The translations under genes and the position numbers were made by a program. The notes beneath the pieces were generated by a model. That model was given only the letters and a program-made list of their open reading frames with translations, was not told where the DNA came from and did no database searches. Of a stretch of 64,000 bases of DNA, positions 11,760 to 23,412 are shown in pieces (within the stretch, counting starts at the first letter, position 1; the number at the start of each line of letters is the position of its first letter). The stretch covers positions 1-64,000 of the forward strand of contig JASGJN010000011.1 of assembly GCA_049840735.1 (NCBI GenBank), written 5' to 3'. Source of the DNA: Anaeromyxobacter sp. Its GTDB lineage: Bacteria; Myxococcota; Myxococcia; Myxococcales; Anaeromyxobacteraceae.

Positions 11760-12868
11760 TCCAGCACCATGATCCGCCCGCCGCGGATGGTGGAGATGAG
11801 CTGCCGCCGCTGGGCGTCGCCGGTCGCGTCGATGCGCAGGTCCCCGCGCAGCCCGGCGTAGTCGTTGGCCTGCAGGATGGCGCGGCGGACCCCCTCGCGC
11901 GTCGGGTCGCGGCGCAGCGCGCGGGCCAGCATCTGCACCGCCTCGTAGCTCTGCGCGGCCGCGAAGTCTGCGGGCCGGCCGAAGCGCGCCACGTAGGCCT
12001 GGCGGAAGCGGACCAGGTCCGGCTCGCGCGCCTCGAGGTCGATCCGCTGGGTGAAGATGGCGCCCTCGACGGCCTGCCCGCCGTGGGCGATCACGTCCTG
12101 CGTGAAGCCCCAGTCCGAGCCCAGGATCAGCACGTCGGCGGAGCGGCGCCGGATCAGCTGGCACAGCGCGGCGGTGTCCAGGGCGTTGGCGATCACCAGC
12201 ACCGCGTCCGGCTGCGCATCCAGGGCCTCCGCGACCGGCGTGCGCAGCATCACACCTTCACCCGAAGTGAACGCGATCGAGCGGATCAGCTCTCCGCCGT
12301 GCTCCTGGAGCTGCCCGGCGAACTGGTCCCGCCAGGACTCGCTGAAGGCGCGGTTGCTCAGGTCGATGATGGCCGCGACCCGGTGCACCGGGCGGTGGGC
12401 CGAAAGCCAGGCCGCCACCGCGTGCGCGGCCACGGCGGTGGACGGGTGGAGCGTCACCAGCCAGTCGTCCCGGCCGGCCAGCGCCGCGGAGGAGACGGTG
12501 GGGCTGAGCATCAGCACGTGCTCGCGGTCGGCGATGGGGAGCGTCTCCACGGCCATGGTGCTGGTGACGTGGCCGACGATGGCCACCACGCCCTCGCCGA
12601 TCAGGCCGGTGACCGCCTCCCGGGCCGCCTGCGGGTCCTGCCGGTCGTCGCGCACCCGGAGCTCCAGCGGCCGCCCCTCGACGCCGCCGGCGGCGTTCAG
12701 CTCCTCCACCGCCAGCGTGGCGCCGTTGCGGCTGGAGATGCCCAGGTCGTAGTGACGCCCGGTGAGGCCGGCCACGAAGCCGACGGGGATGGGCTGCGAC
12801 GGACGGCAGCCGGCCGCGGCGAGCAGCAGCAGGAGCGCGACGGGGCGGACGGCGTGGCGGCGCATCAC
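11756..12868 (-). CDS. LivJ-like (type 1 periplasmic binding fold) substrate-binding lipoprotein
   Basis: Lipobox AAAGC; GLTG, LAVEELNAAGGVEGRPLEL..RDD, IVGHVTS. Confidence 0.88.
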   Translation of the reverse strand: MMRRHAVRPVALLLLLAAAGCRPSQPIPVGFVAGLTGRHYDLGISSRNGATLAVEELNAAGGVEGRPLELRVRDDRQDPQAAREAVTGLIGEGVVAIVGHVTSTMAVETLPIADREHVLMLSPTVSSAALAGRDDWLVTLHPSTAVAAHAVAAWLSAHRPVHRVAAIIDLSNRAFSESWRDQFAGQLQEHGGELIRSIAFTSGEGVMLRTPVAEALDAQPDAVLVIANALDTAALCQLIRRRSADVLILGSDWGFTQDVIAHGGQAVEGAIFTQRIDLEAREPDLVRFRQAYVARFGRPADFAAAQSYEAVQMLARALRRDPTREGVRRAILQANDYAGLRGDLRIDATGDAQRRQLISTIRGGRIMVLE

Positions 12869-12975
12869 GGCTCCCGGTGGAGGGCGCGGGCGCGCCCGAC
12901 CCCAGAGTCTAGACGAGCCCGTCGCGATAGAACAGGCGGCTGGCGCGCGGGGGGGCTCTCGTCCAGAATGCGCCG

Positions 12976-15900
12976 GTGCTTCCCCACATCGACCGCACCA
13001 CCCTCCGCGCGCTGGCCGCGTCCCTCCTCACCGTCGCCGCCGCAGCCGCCCGCGCCGAGGCCCCTTGGGAGGGAGCACCGTTCTCCGCGGAGCCCGCCGC
13101 CATGCTGGCGGCCGCCCAGGCGCTTCCCGCGGCGAAGGGACAGGAGGTGGACCTGCTGCTGGACGAGGCGCGCTACGTCATCGACGCGCGCGGCGCCGTC
13201 ACCGCCACCCGCCGCACCGTGCTGCGCCTGCTCACCGCCGAGGCGGCCCGCCGCTACGCGCGGCTCGAGGCCGGGTACGCGCCCTGGTACCAGGCCCGCC
13301 CCGAGGTGCGCGCCCGGGTGATCACCGCGCAGGGCCAGGTCCACCCGCTCGAATCCGGCCACGCTGACCGAGGCGGCGGCGCACGACGGCGAGCCGGACA
13401 TGTACTCCGACGCGCGCGCCGTGACCGGACCGCTGCCCGGCGTGGCCGAGGGCGCGGTGGTCGAGCTGGTCACCGAGACCCGCGACACGCAGCCGGCCTT
13501 CGAGGCCGGCAACCTGGCCCGCTTCCAGCTCGGGCGCCCCGTGCCGATGCGCCTGGTCCGGTTCTCGGTGGAGGCGCCGGCCGCGCTGCCGCTGCGCTGG
13601 GTGGTGCGCGGCGCCACGGCGAAGCCGCGCGAGGTGGTGAAGGACGGGGTGCGCCGGGTCACGCTGGAGCGGCGCGACGTGGCGGCGCTGCCCTCGGCCG
13701 AGCAGGCGCCGCCGCCCGACCTGGCCCAGGACGCCTCGGTGGCCTTCTCCTGGGGGCGCTCCTGGAGCGCGCTGGCCGAGGGCTACGGCGCGGTGGTGGA
13801 GCGGCAGCTGGCCGGCGCCGAGCTCTCGGCCGCGGTCCGCGCCGCGCTCGGCGACGGCCCGCGCCCGGCGCGCGAGGAGGTGGTCCGCCGGCTGGTGGCC
13901 TGGCTCCACGCCAACATCCGCTACACCGGCCTCGAGCTGGGGGAGGCCGCGGTGGTGCCCTCCCCGCCGGCCACCACGCTCCAGCGGCGCTACGGCGACT
14001 GCAAGGACCTGTCGCTGCTGCTGCTCGGGATGGCGCGCGCCGCCGGCCTGGACGGGCGGCTGGTGCTGGTGCAGGCCGGGTGGGAGGAGCTGCTGCCCGA
14101 GCTGCCCGGCATGAACGCCTTCAACCACGTGGTGCTGCGCGTGGACGGCGGCCCGCCGCTCTGGGTGGACGCCACGGATCCCTACAGCCCGCCGGGCCGG
14201 CTCCCGCCGGCGGTCCAGGGCCGGCTGGTGCTGCCGGCGGGCCAGGGCGTGAAGGGGCTGGAGCGCACGCCGCAGTCCACCCCCGCCGACAACGCCGCCC
14301 GCATCGTGCGCGAGCTGCGCTTCCCGCTCAGCGGCCAGGGGCGGCTCGTGGAGGAGCGGCGCTTCGAGGGGGCGCTGGGGGCCAGCGAGCGCGCCTACCG
14401 CGACCGCATCCGGCCCGACCGCCGCGACGAGGCGCTGGAGGCCTGGGCCCGCCAGGCCTTCCGCGCCGGCCGGGTGGACGCCTCCCAGGTGACGGGGCTG
14501 GAGGATCCGGCCGCGCCGCTGCGCACGCGCGTGGAGGTCTCGGACAGCGGCCTGGTGCAGTCCACCGGCGACGAGGCGGTGGTGCCGCTCGGCGCCGACG
14601 GGCTGCTGGACGGGCTGCCCCTGCCCATCTCGCTGGCCCCGGAGGACCGCGCTCCCGCGGCGGCCCCGGCGCGCAAGGCCGACCTCTTCCTGCCCGTGCC
14701 CTACCGCTGGGAGCTGGTCTACCGGATCTTCCCGCCCGACGGCTTCCGGGCCCGGCCGCTGCCGGCCTCCGGCAGCGAGCGGTTCGGCCCGGCCCAGCTC
14801 ACCCGCACCTTCACGCAGGAGCCGGACGGCACCATCACCGCCGCCTTCACCTTCGACACCGGCGGGCGCCGCATCCCCGCCGCCGACGCCGACGCGCTGG
14901 CCCGCCGCGCCCGCGAGCTGCGCCGCGCGCCGGCGCCGCTGGTGGAGCTGGAGCGGACCGCGGTGGCGCTGCTGGCCGCCGGGCAGGTGCCGCAGGCGCT
15001 GGAGGAGCTGCGGGCGCTGGTGGCCCGCAACCCGGGCGAGGCGGGGCGGCGCGTGCAGCTGGCCATGGCCCTGCAGCAGCTCGGGTTCACCGAGGCGGCG
15101 GCGGGTGAGGCCCGCGCCGCGGCGGCGGCCGACCCCGGCCTGGCCTGGGCCCAGCGGGTGCTGGGCTACACGCTCGAGCACGACGGGCTTGGGCGCTTCC
15201 ACGGCAAGGGGTTCGATCGCGACGGCGCCATCGCCGCCTACCGCAAGGCGCGCGCGCTCGACCCGCTGCACGGCGGGACGCGCGCGGCGCTGGCCGAGCT
15301 GCTGGCGCGCGACGCCGAGGGCACGCTGCAGCCGCCCGCGCGCGGGCTGGACGAGGCGCTGGCGGAGCTGGCCTCCATCCCCAAGGACCTCTCCGACCCG
15401 CGCTTCGAGCCGCGCCGGCTGGGGCTGCTGCTGGCCGCGGGCCGCTTCGCCGAGGCCGAGGCGCTGGCCCGCGCGCTCTCCACCGGCGGCGACGCCGACG
15501 AGGAGGGGCGCGATCCACGCGCCGTGAAGGCGCTGCGCGACGCCGCGCTGGTGGCGGCCGTGGCGGCCCAGCGCGACGTGCCGGCCGCCGAGGAGGAGGC
15601 GCGCGGGCTGGGCGAGGGGCGGCGCGACGCGCTCCGCGACGCCTCGCGGGCGCTGCTGCTGGCCCGCCGGTACGCGCCGGCGCGGGGCCTGCTGGAGGCG
15701 GCGGCGCGCGGCGCGTCCAACGCGGCCGAGCTCCGCCAGCGCGGCGACGTGCTGGAGGGGGTGGCCCCCTGGGGCACGCTCCCCGAGCCGGCGGACGAGG
15801 CCGAGCGGCTGGTGCGCCGGCTCCTGACCGCGGCCGGCCGGCCCGAGCTGGCCCAGGAGCTCAGGCCGCTGCTGGCCCGCGGCCGGGTGGCGGCGCCGCT

Positions 15901-17231
15901 CTTGCCGCTGGCCGAGGGCAGCCTGGCCGCCCCGGCGCTCAGCATCCGCCACGCGGCGCGCCGCGACGCCATCCCGGTGGACGTGATGCTCGACCTGGTG
16001 CTGGCGCACCAGGACCTGCTCCGCGACGGCGAGCCGGCCACCGGCCTGCGGGTCCGGCTCCACTCGACGCTCTGGGAGGGCGGCGGCGCCGTCTTCCTGG
16101 TGAAGGACGGCAAGGCGCTCAAGGTGCTCTGCACCGACCTGGCCTGGCCGGTGCTGGTGGCCGAGGTGGACCGGCTGGCGGCGGCCGGCGACGTGGCCAG
16201 CGCGCGGCGCTGGCTGGAGTGGGCGCGCGACGTGCTGCCGGGCGTGCCCGCGGACCAGACCTCGCCGGCCGGCGTGCTGGTGGCGCTCTGGCCGCCCGGC
16301 TCCGACGGCGGCGCGCCGGAGCTGCGCCGGGCCGCGGCGGCGCTGGCGGGCTTCGCCGACAAGGAGGGGCGCGCGGTGCCCGCGCTGAAGGAGGCCCTGG
16401 AGAAGGCCGCCGAGCCGGCGCACCGGCGCGCGCTGCAGTTCGCGCTGGCCCAGGCGCTCCAGCGCGCCGGGCGGCCGGCCGAGGCGCGCCAGGCCACCGC
16501 CGCCATCCTGGCCGACGACCCGGCCTCGCGCCCCGCCTTCCGGCTCCACGCCCTTTCGCTGGCGCAGCAGGGGGACCGGGCCGCGCTGGACGCGGCCTCC
16601 CGCGAGATTCCTCTCGCGGCTGCCGGGGGACCCGGAGGTCCTGCAGGCCCTGGGCGACGGCCTCCTCAACGCGGGCGACCTGGACGGCGCGGCGCGCGCC
16701 TACCGCCAGGCCATCGACGGCGGGCGGGCGCCGGCCGGCATCTACAACAACGCGGCCTGGCTGGAGGTGTTCCGGCCCGCGCCGGCCCGCGAGACGCTGG
16801 CCTGGGCCCGGCGCGCGGTCCAGTCCGGCGGCGAGCCCGACCCGGTCTCGCTCAACACGCTGGCGGTGGTCCACGGCGTGCTCGGGCAGCCGGCCGAGGC
16901 GCGCGGGGTGCTGCTGCGCTCGCTGGAGGCGGGCGGCGAGACGCCGGTCGGGCCGGGGGACTGGCTGGTGCAGGGGCTGGTGGCGGACGGCTGGGGGCAG
17001 CGCGACGCCGCGGCCGCCGCCTACCGCAAGGTGGAGAAGGACGGCCCGGATCCGACCTCGCCCTGGGTGCTGGCGCAGCGCCGGCTGGAGGCGCTGGGCG
17101 CGCCCGCCGCGGCGCCCGTGCCGGCGGCCGCGCCGGCGTTGAAGCCCGCCGCTCCGGCGGCGGCGCCGGCCGCCGCCCCCGTCGCGCCCCCGGCCGCGAA
17201 GCAGGGCGCGAAGCAGAAGTCCGGGAAGTAG
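12976..17231 (+). CDS. DUF3857 / transglutaminase-like / TPR protein (apparent frameshifts at ~13353 and ~16608)
   Basis: Signal peptide; RYGDCKD, FNHVV, WVDAT catalytic triad motifs; TPR-like C-terminus YNNAAW; frames join when GAATC/GATTC is read as GATC. Confidence 0.82.
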
Positions 17232-17238
17232 CCGCCGC

Positions 17239-17661
17239 TCAGCCGGCGTGGCTCTCGTGCCCGGCCCCGGCCCCCAGGGCCAGGTGGCGCGCGAACGCGT
17301 CGTCCATGCCGGCCATGTGGCCGGACAGCCAGCGCCGCACGTCGCGGACGCGCTCCAGCACGCCGTCGCCGTGGACGAGCTGGGCCCGGACCTCCTGCAG
17401 CGCCTCGACCATGCGGCGGTGCTCCTCGACGTGCGCCGCGTAGCCCGGGTACGCGTGGAGCCGCATCATCGTCTCCTCGCTGGCGAAGTGGACGTCGGAG
17501 ACGTCGAGCAGCTCCTCCAGCGCCTCCAGCGCGCCGGGGCCGCCGCCACCGCGCAGCAGCGCCTGCTCCAGCCCATCGAGCAGCTGCAGCTGCGAGCCGT
17601 GCTCGCGCTGCATGCCGAGGTGATCCTGCGCCGCGGTCCGCTCCCAGCCGGTGGTGTGCAT
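17239..17661 (-). CDS. Bacteriohemerythrin-like protein
   Basis: EH, HFASEE, HVEEH, WLSGHMAGMD di-iron ligand pattern. Confidence 0.88.
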   Translation of the reverse strand: MHTTGWERTAAQDHLGMQREHGSQLQLLDGLEQALLRGGGGPGALEALEELLDVSDVHFASEETMMRLHAYPGYAAHVEEHRRMVEALQEVRAQLVHGDGVLERVRDVRRWLSGHMAGMDDAFARHLALGAGAGHESHAG

Positions 17662-17845
17662 GCGTGCTTCCTTTCCCGGCCCGAGGACCGGGGCAACCCG
17701 TCACACCCGTTCTTCTCGCCCACATCGTCACCAGCAAGAGAAACGAACGCTTCGGTCCCCTTGAGTGACGCGAAGCGGCCAGCTTCGAGACTCGTTCGGG
17801 TGCGGCCGGCGCCCGGTTCCGGATTCCGGCCCGGCTCCGGTTCCC

Positions 17846-19523
17846 TTACGGCTTCGCCAGCGCGTCGGCCGTGACGAAGCGCGGGGCGATGTCCACCGGC
17901 ACGCCGCCCAGCCGGTCGAAGACGCGCTGCACCTCTGGGCGGATCACGCCCAGCCGGTCCAGCAGCGCCTTGGCCGCGGCGCGATCGCCGCGCCCCTGGA
18001 GCTCCATCAGCTCGCGGGTGAGCGAGGCCACCGCGGCCTTCATCTTCACCGGGTCGATGGCGAAGGTGCCGTCCGGGCGAACCGTGACCGCCTTCGCGTC
18101 GAGGAACCAGTTGAGCTGCAGCGCCATCCCCTTCCCGTGCGCCTCGTGCAGGCCGAAGCGGAGCGAGCGGAACGCCGAGGCCAGGAAGGTCGGGTAGAGC
18201 GTCTGCTCCATCCGCCGGTCCAGCTTCCCCTCGTCGAGCAGCTTCTGCAGCGCGAAGAGGCCGCCCACGTCGGCCTTGGCCTCCTCGACGGCGCTGTAGG
18301 TGTCCTGCAGCGCGGCGCGGACGGTGGTGGGCGTGGCCGCGCCCTTGACCTCGTGCGGCCCCAGGCCGTGCACCAGCTCGTGCATCAGGATGTGGGTGAA
18401 GAAGGGGTCGAAGGCCACGTGGGCGCGGTCGGCCGGCGAGAGCGCGACGCGGGCGATGGGCAGCAGCACCTTGTCGAACTTGGCCTGCTGGACGTTCTTC
18501 AGCATCACGCGCTTGGAGCCCATCTGCGCGGTGACCCACTCGTCGTTGGGCAGGTTGTAGGCGGCGGTCTGCACGCCCTTGTTCGCGTCGCCGGCGCAGA
18601 AGACCAGGTTGACGACGCGGATGGGCGCGAGCGCGCCCAGCTTCGGGTTCTTGAGCGCGGCGTCGATGGGCAGCGCGTCCTCGATCCCCTGCAGCTCGCC
18701 GGCGAAGCGGGCCAGGCTCGCGGTGGCGGCCTCGTCGCGCACGCCCACGAAGGCCTCGAAGGCCGCCTTGGCGTTGAACCAGCCGTCCTCGTAGACCTCG
18801 TACGGCCCCACCGTCGGCTCCACCGCCGAGTCGAGCTTCATCCAGGCCACGTCGGAGTCGCGGTAGCCGTTGCTGAGGAAGGCCTGCGCGCGGGCCTCCA
18901 GGAAGGCGCGCAGCGTGGGGTCCTGGGTGAGCCGCGCCGCCTCCTGCAGCAGCGCCGCCGCGCGGGCCAGCTCGCCCTGGTACTCGAGGCTGTAGGGGAC
19001 GGCGGAGAAGGCGCCGTCCGGCTGCCGGCGGATGACGGTGAAGAAGCCCTGCGCCTCCTCGCGCTTCGCCGGGTCGAGGCCGGCCAGCCAGCGCTCCAGG
19101 TCGGCCTTGCCGGCGCCGGCCGGGTAGAAGTTGCCCTCGGCCGGCTTCTCGGCGGGCACGCCGGGGAGGAAGGCGGTCTCGCCCGGAGAGCCGGTCCCAG
19201 GGCCCCTTGTTGCGCAGGAACCCGGTGACGCGGGCCCGGCCCAGCTCGGAGCGGTCCTCCAGCAGCCGGAGCAGCAGCGCCTCGTTGCCGGCCCAGACCT
19301 GGCGCAGGAAGAGCGCGTCCATCACGCGGGCCGCCTCCACCACCTTGGCCAGCGCGGCCTTCTCGGCGGGCGCGAGGCCGGAGAGATCGACCTTCAGGTC
19401 CACCGGCGCGTAGCGCGCGTCGGCCTTGCGGAGCGCGGCGGCGTCGGGGAGCGGCGGCGCGGCCGGCGCGCGGGCGGCGGCGACGGCCACGGTGAGGGCG
19501 AGCAGCAGGCTGGGGGTGGGCAT
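17846..19523 (-). CDS. Secreted dipeptidyl-peptidase III (M49)-like zinc peptidase (apparent frameshift ~19185)
   Basis: Signal peptide; NKGPWDRL, GPYEVYED, AYNLPNDE, HELVHGLGPH, EEAKAD. Confidence 0.85.
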
Positions 19524-19769
19524 GGGTGCGGTCTCCTGGAGCCGCCTCTCTTACACCCGGCCGCCCGCGCGCGCACCGACCGCTCGGGCACCGCCGGCGC
19601 ACCGCCGCGCGTGGTTCACCATTGGTGACCACCGGCCCGCGGCGCCCGCCAGGCGGACCGGCGGTCCGACCTCCGGCGCGATCTCGGCCCTCCTCGCCGC
19701 CGCTCCCCCTCACCGCGGCACGCGAACGCTTTTTTTCTTCGCCGCGCGATCGCGCAAAGTCGTCGTGGA

Positions 19770-19851
19770 TTGATCCGGTCAATGTTGCTCGCATCGGTCC
19801 ACGATTGTCGAAATCAGGCCACGATCCAGCGAATCCACTGATCCAGGTCAA
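19770..19851 (+). promoter_or_regulatory. Two imperfect FNR/CRP-family-like boxes upstream of the hydrogenase operon
   Basis: TTGATCCGGTCAA (19770-19782, one base short) and CTGATCCAGGTCAA (19838-19851) versus TTGAT-N4-ATCAA. Confidence 0.4.
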
Positions 19852-20015
19852 GCCGTTTTGGCTGCGGCGCCCTGTCATCGGGCTTGTCGGGACCCAGACG
19901 CATCCTGTCGCACCCGCAGCTTTTGCGCCGCGACAAATGTCAAAAGGTCCCGCAATTTTCGCGGGTTGCAAATCCTTTCCGGCCCGCTAGTCTGCGCCCC
20001 AACCGGAGGACGGTA

Positions 20016-21164
20016 ATGAACAACATGCCCCAGATCGCCGAGCAGGAGACCAATGGCGTCTCCCGCCGTGACTTCATCAAGGTCTGCAGCGCTGCCGCTG
20101 CGGCCGTCGGCCTCCCTGCTTGGGCGGGCGAGAAGATGGCCGAGACCGTCGGCAAGAAGAAGCCGTCGGTCGTCTGGCTGCATTTCCAGGAGTGCACCGG
20201 CTGCACCGAGTCGCTGCTGCGGACCAGCCACCCCGACGTGGGCGCGCTGATCCTCGACCTCATCTCGGTCGACTACCACGAGACGCTCTTCGCGGCGGCC
20301 GGGCACCAGATCGAGGAGGCGCTCGAGAGCGCCAAGGCCGCCGGCGGCTACGTGCTGGTGGTCGAGGGCGCCATCCCGCTCAAGGACGACGGCGTCTACT
20401 GCGTGGTGGGCGGCAAGACCGCCGAGCGGTCGCTGGTCGAGTGCGCCAAGAAGGCCGGGGCGGTGATCTGCATCGGCTCCTGCGCGTCCTTCGGCGGCAT
20501 CCCCGCCTCCGCGCCGAACCCGACCGGCTCGGTGGGCGCGCCCGAGGTGCTGAAGAAGAACGGCATCGACGTGCCGACCATCACCCTGCCCGGCTGCCCC
20601 GCCAACCCGTACAACCTGCTCGGCACGGTGCTGCAGTTCGCCACCTTCAAGACGCTGCCCGCGCTGGACGAGAAGGCCCGCCCGAAGTTCGCCTACGGCC
20701 GCGTCATCCACGAGGACTGCCAGCGCCGCCCGCACTTCCAGGCCGGGCGCTTCGCCGTCGCCTTCGGTGACGAGGGTCACCGCAACGGCTGGTGCCTCTA
20801 CAAGCTCGGCTGCAAGGGCCCGCAGACCCACGCCAACTGCTCGCTCCTCGACTTCTGCGACGTGCCTGGCGCGTGGCCGGTCGGCATCGGCCACCCCTGC
20901 GTCGGCTGCACCGAGGAGGGCATCATGTTCGGCAAGGCCACGCAGCCCGGCCACTCCGACACGATCCCCATCTACACGAACCTGCCGGTGCCCTCGAACG
21001 GCTTCCCGGAGATCCAGGCCGAGCACAAGGTCATCAACGGCGCCCAGTCCACGCCCATGACCGGCGAGGTGGCCATCGGCGTCGCCTCCGCGGTGGTCGG
21101 CGCCCTGGTGGGCGCGGGCGTGGTCGCCTCCAAGAAGCTCTCGGCCGACGACAAGAAGGAGTGA
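20016..21164 (+). CDS. hybO: [NiFe]-hydrogenase small subunit
   Basis: Tat motif SRRDFIK, ECTGCTES, GSCA, PGCP, CLYKLGCKGP, HPCVGC, C-terminal TM; GGAGG RBS. Confidence 0.93.
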   Translation: MNNMPQIAEQETNGVSRRDFIKVCSAAAAAVGLPAWAGEKMAETVGKKKPSVVWLHFQECTGCTESLLRTSHPDVGALILDLISVDYHETLFAAAGHQIEEALESAKAAGGYVLVVEGAIPLKDDGVYCVVGGKTAERSLVECAKKAGAVICIGSCASFGGIPASAPNPTGSVGAPEVLKKNGIDVPTITLPGCPANPYNLLGTVLQFATFKTLPALDEKARPKFAYGRVIHEDCQRRPHFQAGRFAVAFGDEGHRNGWCLYKLGCKGPQTHANCSLLDFCDVPGAWPVGIGHPCVGCTEEGIMFGKATQPGHSDTIPIYTNLPVPSNGFPEIQAEHKVINGAQSTPMTGEVAIGVASAVVGALVGAGVVASKKLSADDKKE

Positions 21165-21167
21165 GCG

Positions 21168-22149
21168 ATGTCGAATCTCTCGACGTGACCTGCTCAAGGG
21201 AGCGGCCGTCGCAGGCGCGGCCACGGCCGTGGCCGGCACGGCCGAGGCGCGCTCGCCGCGCGTCTCCGACCCCGAGTCGGTCGGCATGCTCTACGACTCG
21301 ACCCTCTGCATCGGGTGCCGCGCCTGCGTCACCAAGTGCAAGAAGGAGAACAACAAGGCCAACGGCGGCACGCTGGCGCCCACCACGGCGTACGACCAGG
21401 GCGACCTGCAGGCCTACCAGCAGCCCGAGGACCTGAACGCCGGCACCAAGAACATCATCAAGGCGCTCAGGAAGGACGACCGGACCACCTTCGTCAAGCA
21501 GCAGTGCATGCACTGCATCGACCCCTCCTGCGTGTCCGTCTGCATGATGGGCGCGCTCCACAAGGAGGGCGCCGGCAAGCGGCACATGGACGGCGAGATC
21601 AAGGGCACCGGGATCGTCCTCTACGACAAGCTCACCTGCGTGGGCTGCCGCTACTGCCAGATCGGCTGCGCGTTCAACGTCCCGAAGTTCGAGTGGACCG
21701 ACGCGTTCCCGCTCATCCAGAAGTGCGAGCTCTGCAGCCACCGGCGCGACAAGAGCAAGCCGGCCGGCGACATCTACGCGGTGGCCAACCCCGGCTGCTG
21801 CGAGATTTGCCCGCGCGCGGCCGTCATCTACGGCAAGCGCGTGGACCTGATGGCGGAGGCCAAGCGCCGCCTGGCGGCGGAGCCGGAGAAGTACAACGGC
21901 GAGATCTACGGCGAGAAGGAGGGCGGCGGCACGCAGGTCCTCTACCTCGCGCCGAAGGGCGTCTCCTTCGCCGAGCTGGGCATGCCCACGCTCCCCGAGG
22001 AGGCGGCGGCCGAGTTCTCCGAGGAGGCCTCGCACGCGCCGTACCTCTACGGCATCACCCCGGTGGCGCTGTACGCCGCGATGGCCTTCGTCATCCACCG
22101 GAACCACAAGAAGGAAGCCGAGGCCGGCGGCCACGAGGAGGGCAAGTAG
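21168..22149 (+). CDS. hybA: Hydrogenase-2 4Fe-4S subunit (apparent frameshift at ~21175)
   Basis: CIGCRAC, CMHCIDPSCVSVC, CVGCRYC, CELC; removing one A at GAATC gives the Tat leader MSISRRDLLKG. Confidence 0.9.
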
Positions 22150-23394
22150 ATGAGCGCCCATGACCACGCGAAGCCCATCGGCGGGACGATCCTCGACCCG
22201 CTGATGAAGATCTGCCTCGCGCTCTTCGCCGTCTCGGTGGCCTTCATGGCCTACCGGTTCTACGCGGGTGTCGGGCCGGTCTCGAACATGACCGACGGGT
22301 TCACCTGGGGCATCTGGGAGCCCATCAACGTCGTCGTCTTCACCGGCATCGGCGCCGGGGCGTACGCGGTCGGCCTCCTCTGCTACCTGCTCAACAAGGG
22401 CGAGTACCACCCGCTGGTCCGCCCCGCGGTGCTGGTGGGCGCCATCGCCTACACCCTGGGCGGCAGCTCGATCATGATCGCCCTGGGCCGGTACTGGAAC
22501 GCGGTGCTGATCCCGATGGTGGGCTGGTGGAACCTCTCCTCCGCCCTCCTCGAGGTCGCGGTCTGCGTGATGCTCTACGTGTCCGTGCTCTGGATCGAGG
22601 TCCTGCCGTCGGTGCTCGAGGGCGCCGCCGGGAGCAGCCACCCCAAGTGGTCCGCCATCGGCAAGAAGTATGGGCCGATGCTGGCCAAGGCGATGCCCTA
22701 CATCATCGCGCTGGCCATCCTGCTCCCGACCATGCACCAGAGCTCCCTGGGCGGCCTGATGCTCATCGGCATCACCAAGGTCCACCCGCTCTGGCACACC
22801 GCGCTGCTCCCCACCCTGTTCCTCATCTCCTGCCTCTCGATGGGGTACGGCACGGTGGTGGTGCTGGTGAACCTCCTCAACGTCACCTGGCGCGCCAAGC
22901 TGGACCAGCCGCTGTTCGCGCGCATGTCCAAGGTGAACGCCGGCCTCCTGCTCCTGTACGTGGTGGTGCGCCTGGTGGACATCGCCGCCCACGGCAAGCT
23001 GCGCTACCTGGGCATGAACGTCCCCACGCTGCTGTTCGTGGTGGAGATGGCGCTCTTCATCGTCCCGGGCATCATGTTCTTCATGCCGGGCGTGCAGGCG
23101 AACCGCGGCAAGCTCTTCGGGGCCGCCGCCCTGTCCATCCTGGCCGGGGCGATGTACCGCGCCGACGCCTACATGAGCGTCTACCGTCCGGCGGGCTGGA
23201 ACCTCGGAACCGGCGAGCCGGTCCCCGCGGGCTGGCAGTACTGGCCGTCGGTGGGCGAGACGGTGGTCACGCTGGGCATGGCCGCGGTCGGCATCGCCAT
23301 CTTCCTCTTCATCTCCCGGAAGTTCCCGGTCGTCGCCGTGCAGGACCGGACCCACAATGTCGGCGGGCACGTCCGCGCCGCTTCCAGCCGCTAG
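22150..23394 (+). CDS. hybB: Hydrogenase-2 membrane subunit (NrfD family)
   Basis: WGIW, YHPLVRPA, LPTMHQSSLG, many TM helices. Confidence 0.9.
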   Translation: MSAHDHAKPIGGTILDPLMKICLALFAVSVAFMAYRFYAGVGPVSNMTDGFTWGIWEPINVVVFTGIGAGAYAVGLLCYLLNKGEYHPLVRPAVLVGAIAYTLGGSSIMIALGRYWNAVLIPMVGWWNLSSALLEVAVCVMLYVSVLWIEVLPSVLEGAAGSSHPKWSAIGKKYGPMLAKAMPYIIALAILLPTMHQSSLGGLMLIGITKVHPLWHTALLPTLFLISCLSMGYGTVVVLVNLLNVTWRAKLDQPLFARMSKVNAGLLLLYVVVRLVDIAAHGKLRYLGMNVPTLLFVVEMALFIVPGIMFFMPGVQANRGKLFGAAALSILAGAMYRADAYMSVYRPAGWNLGTGEPVPAGWQYWPSVGETVVTLGMAAVGIAIFLFISRKFPVVAVQDRTHNVGGHVRAASSR

Positions 23395-23412
23395 CGAGAA
23401 AGGTGAACGTCC

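Noticed and set aside
21168..21190. In-frame TGA near the hybA start as selenocysteine or a programmed frameshift
   Set aside because: A single-base GAATC-to-GATC correction restores a normal Tat leader.
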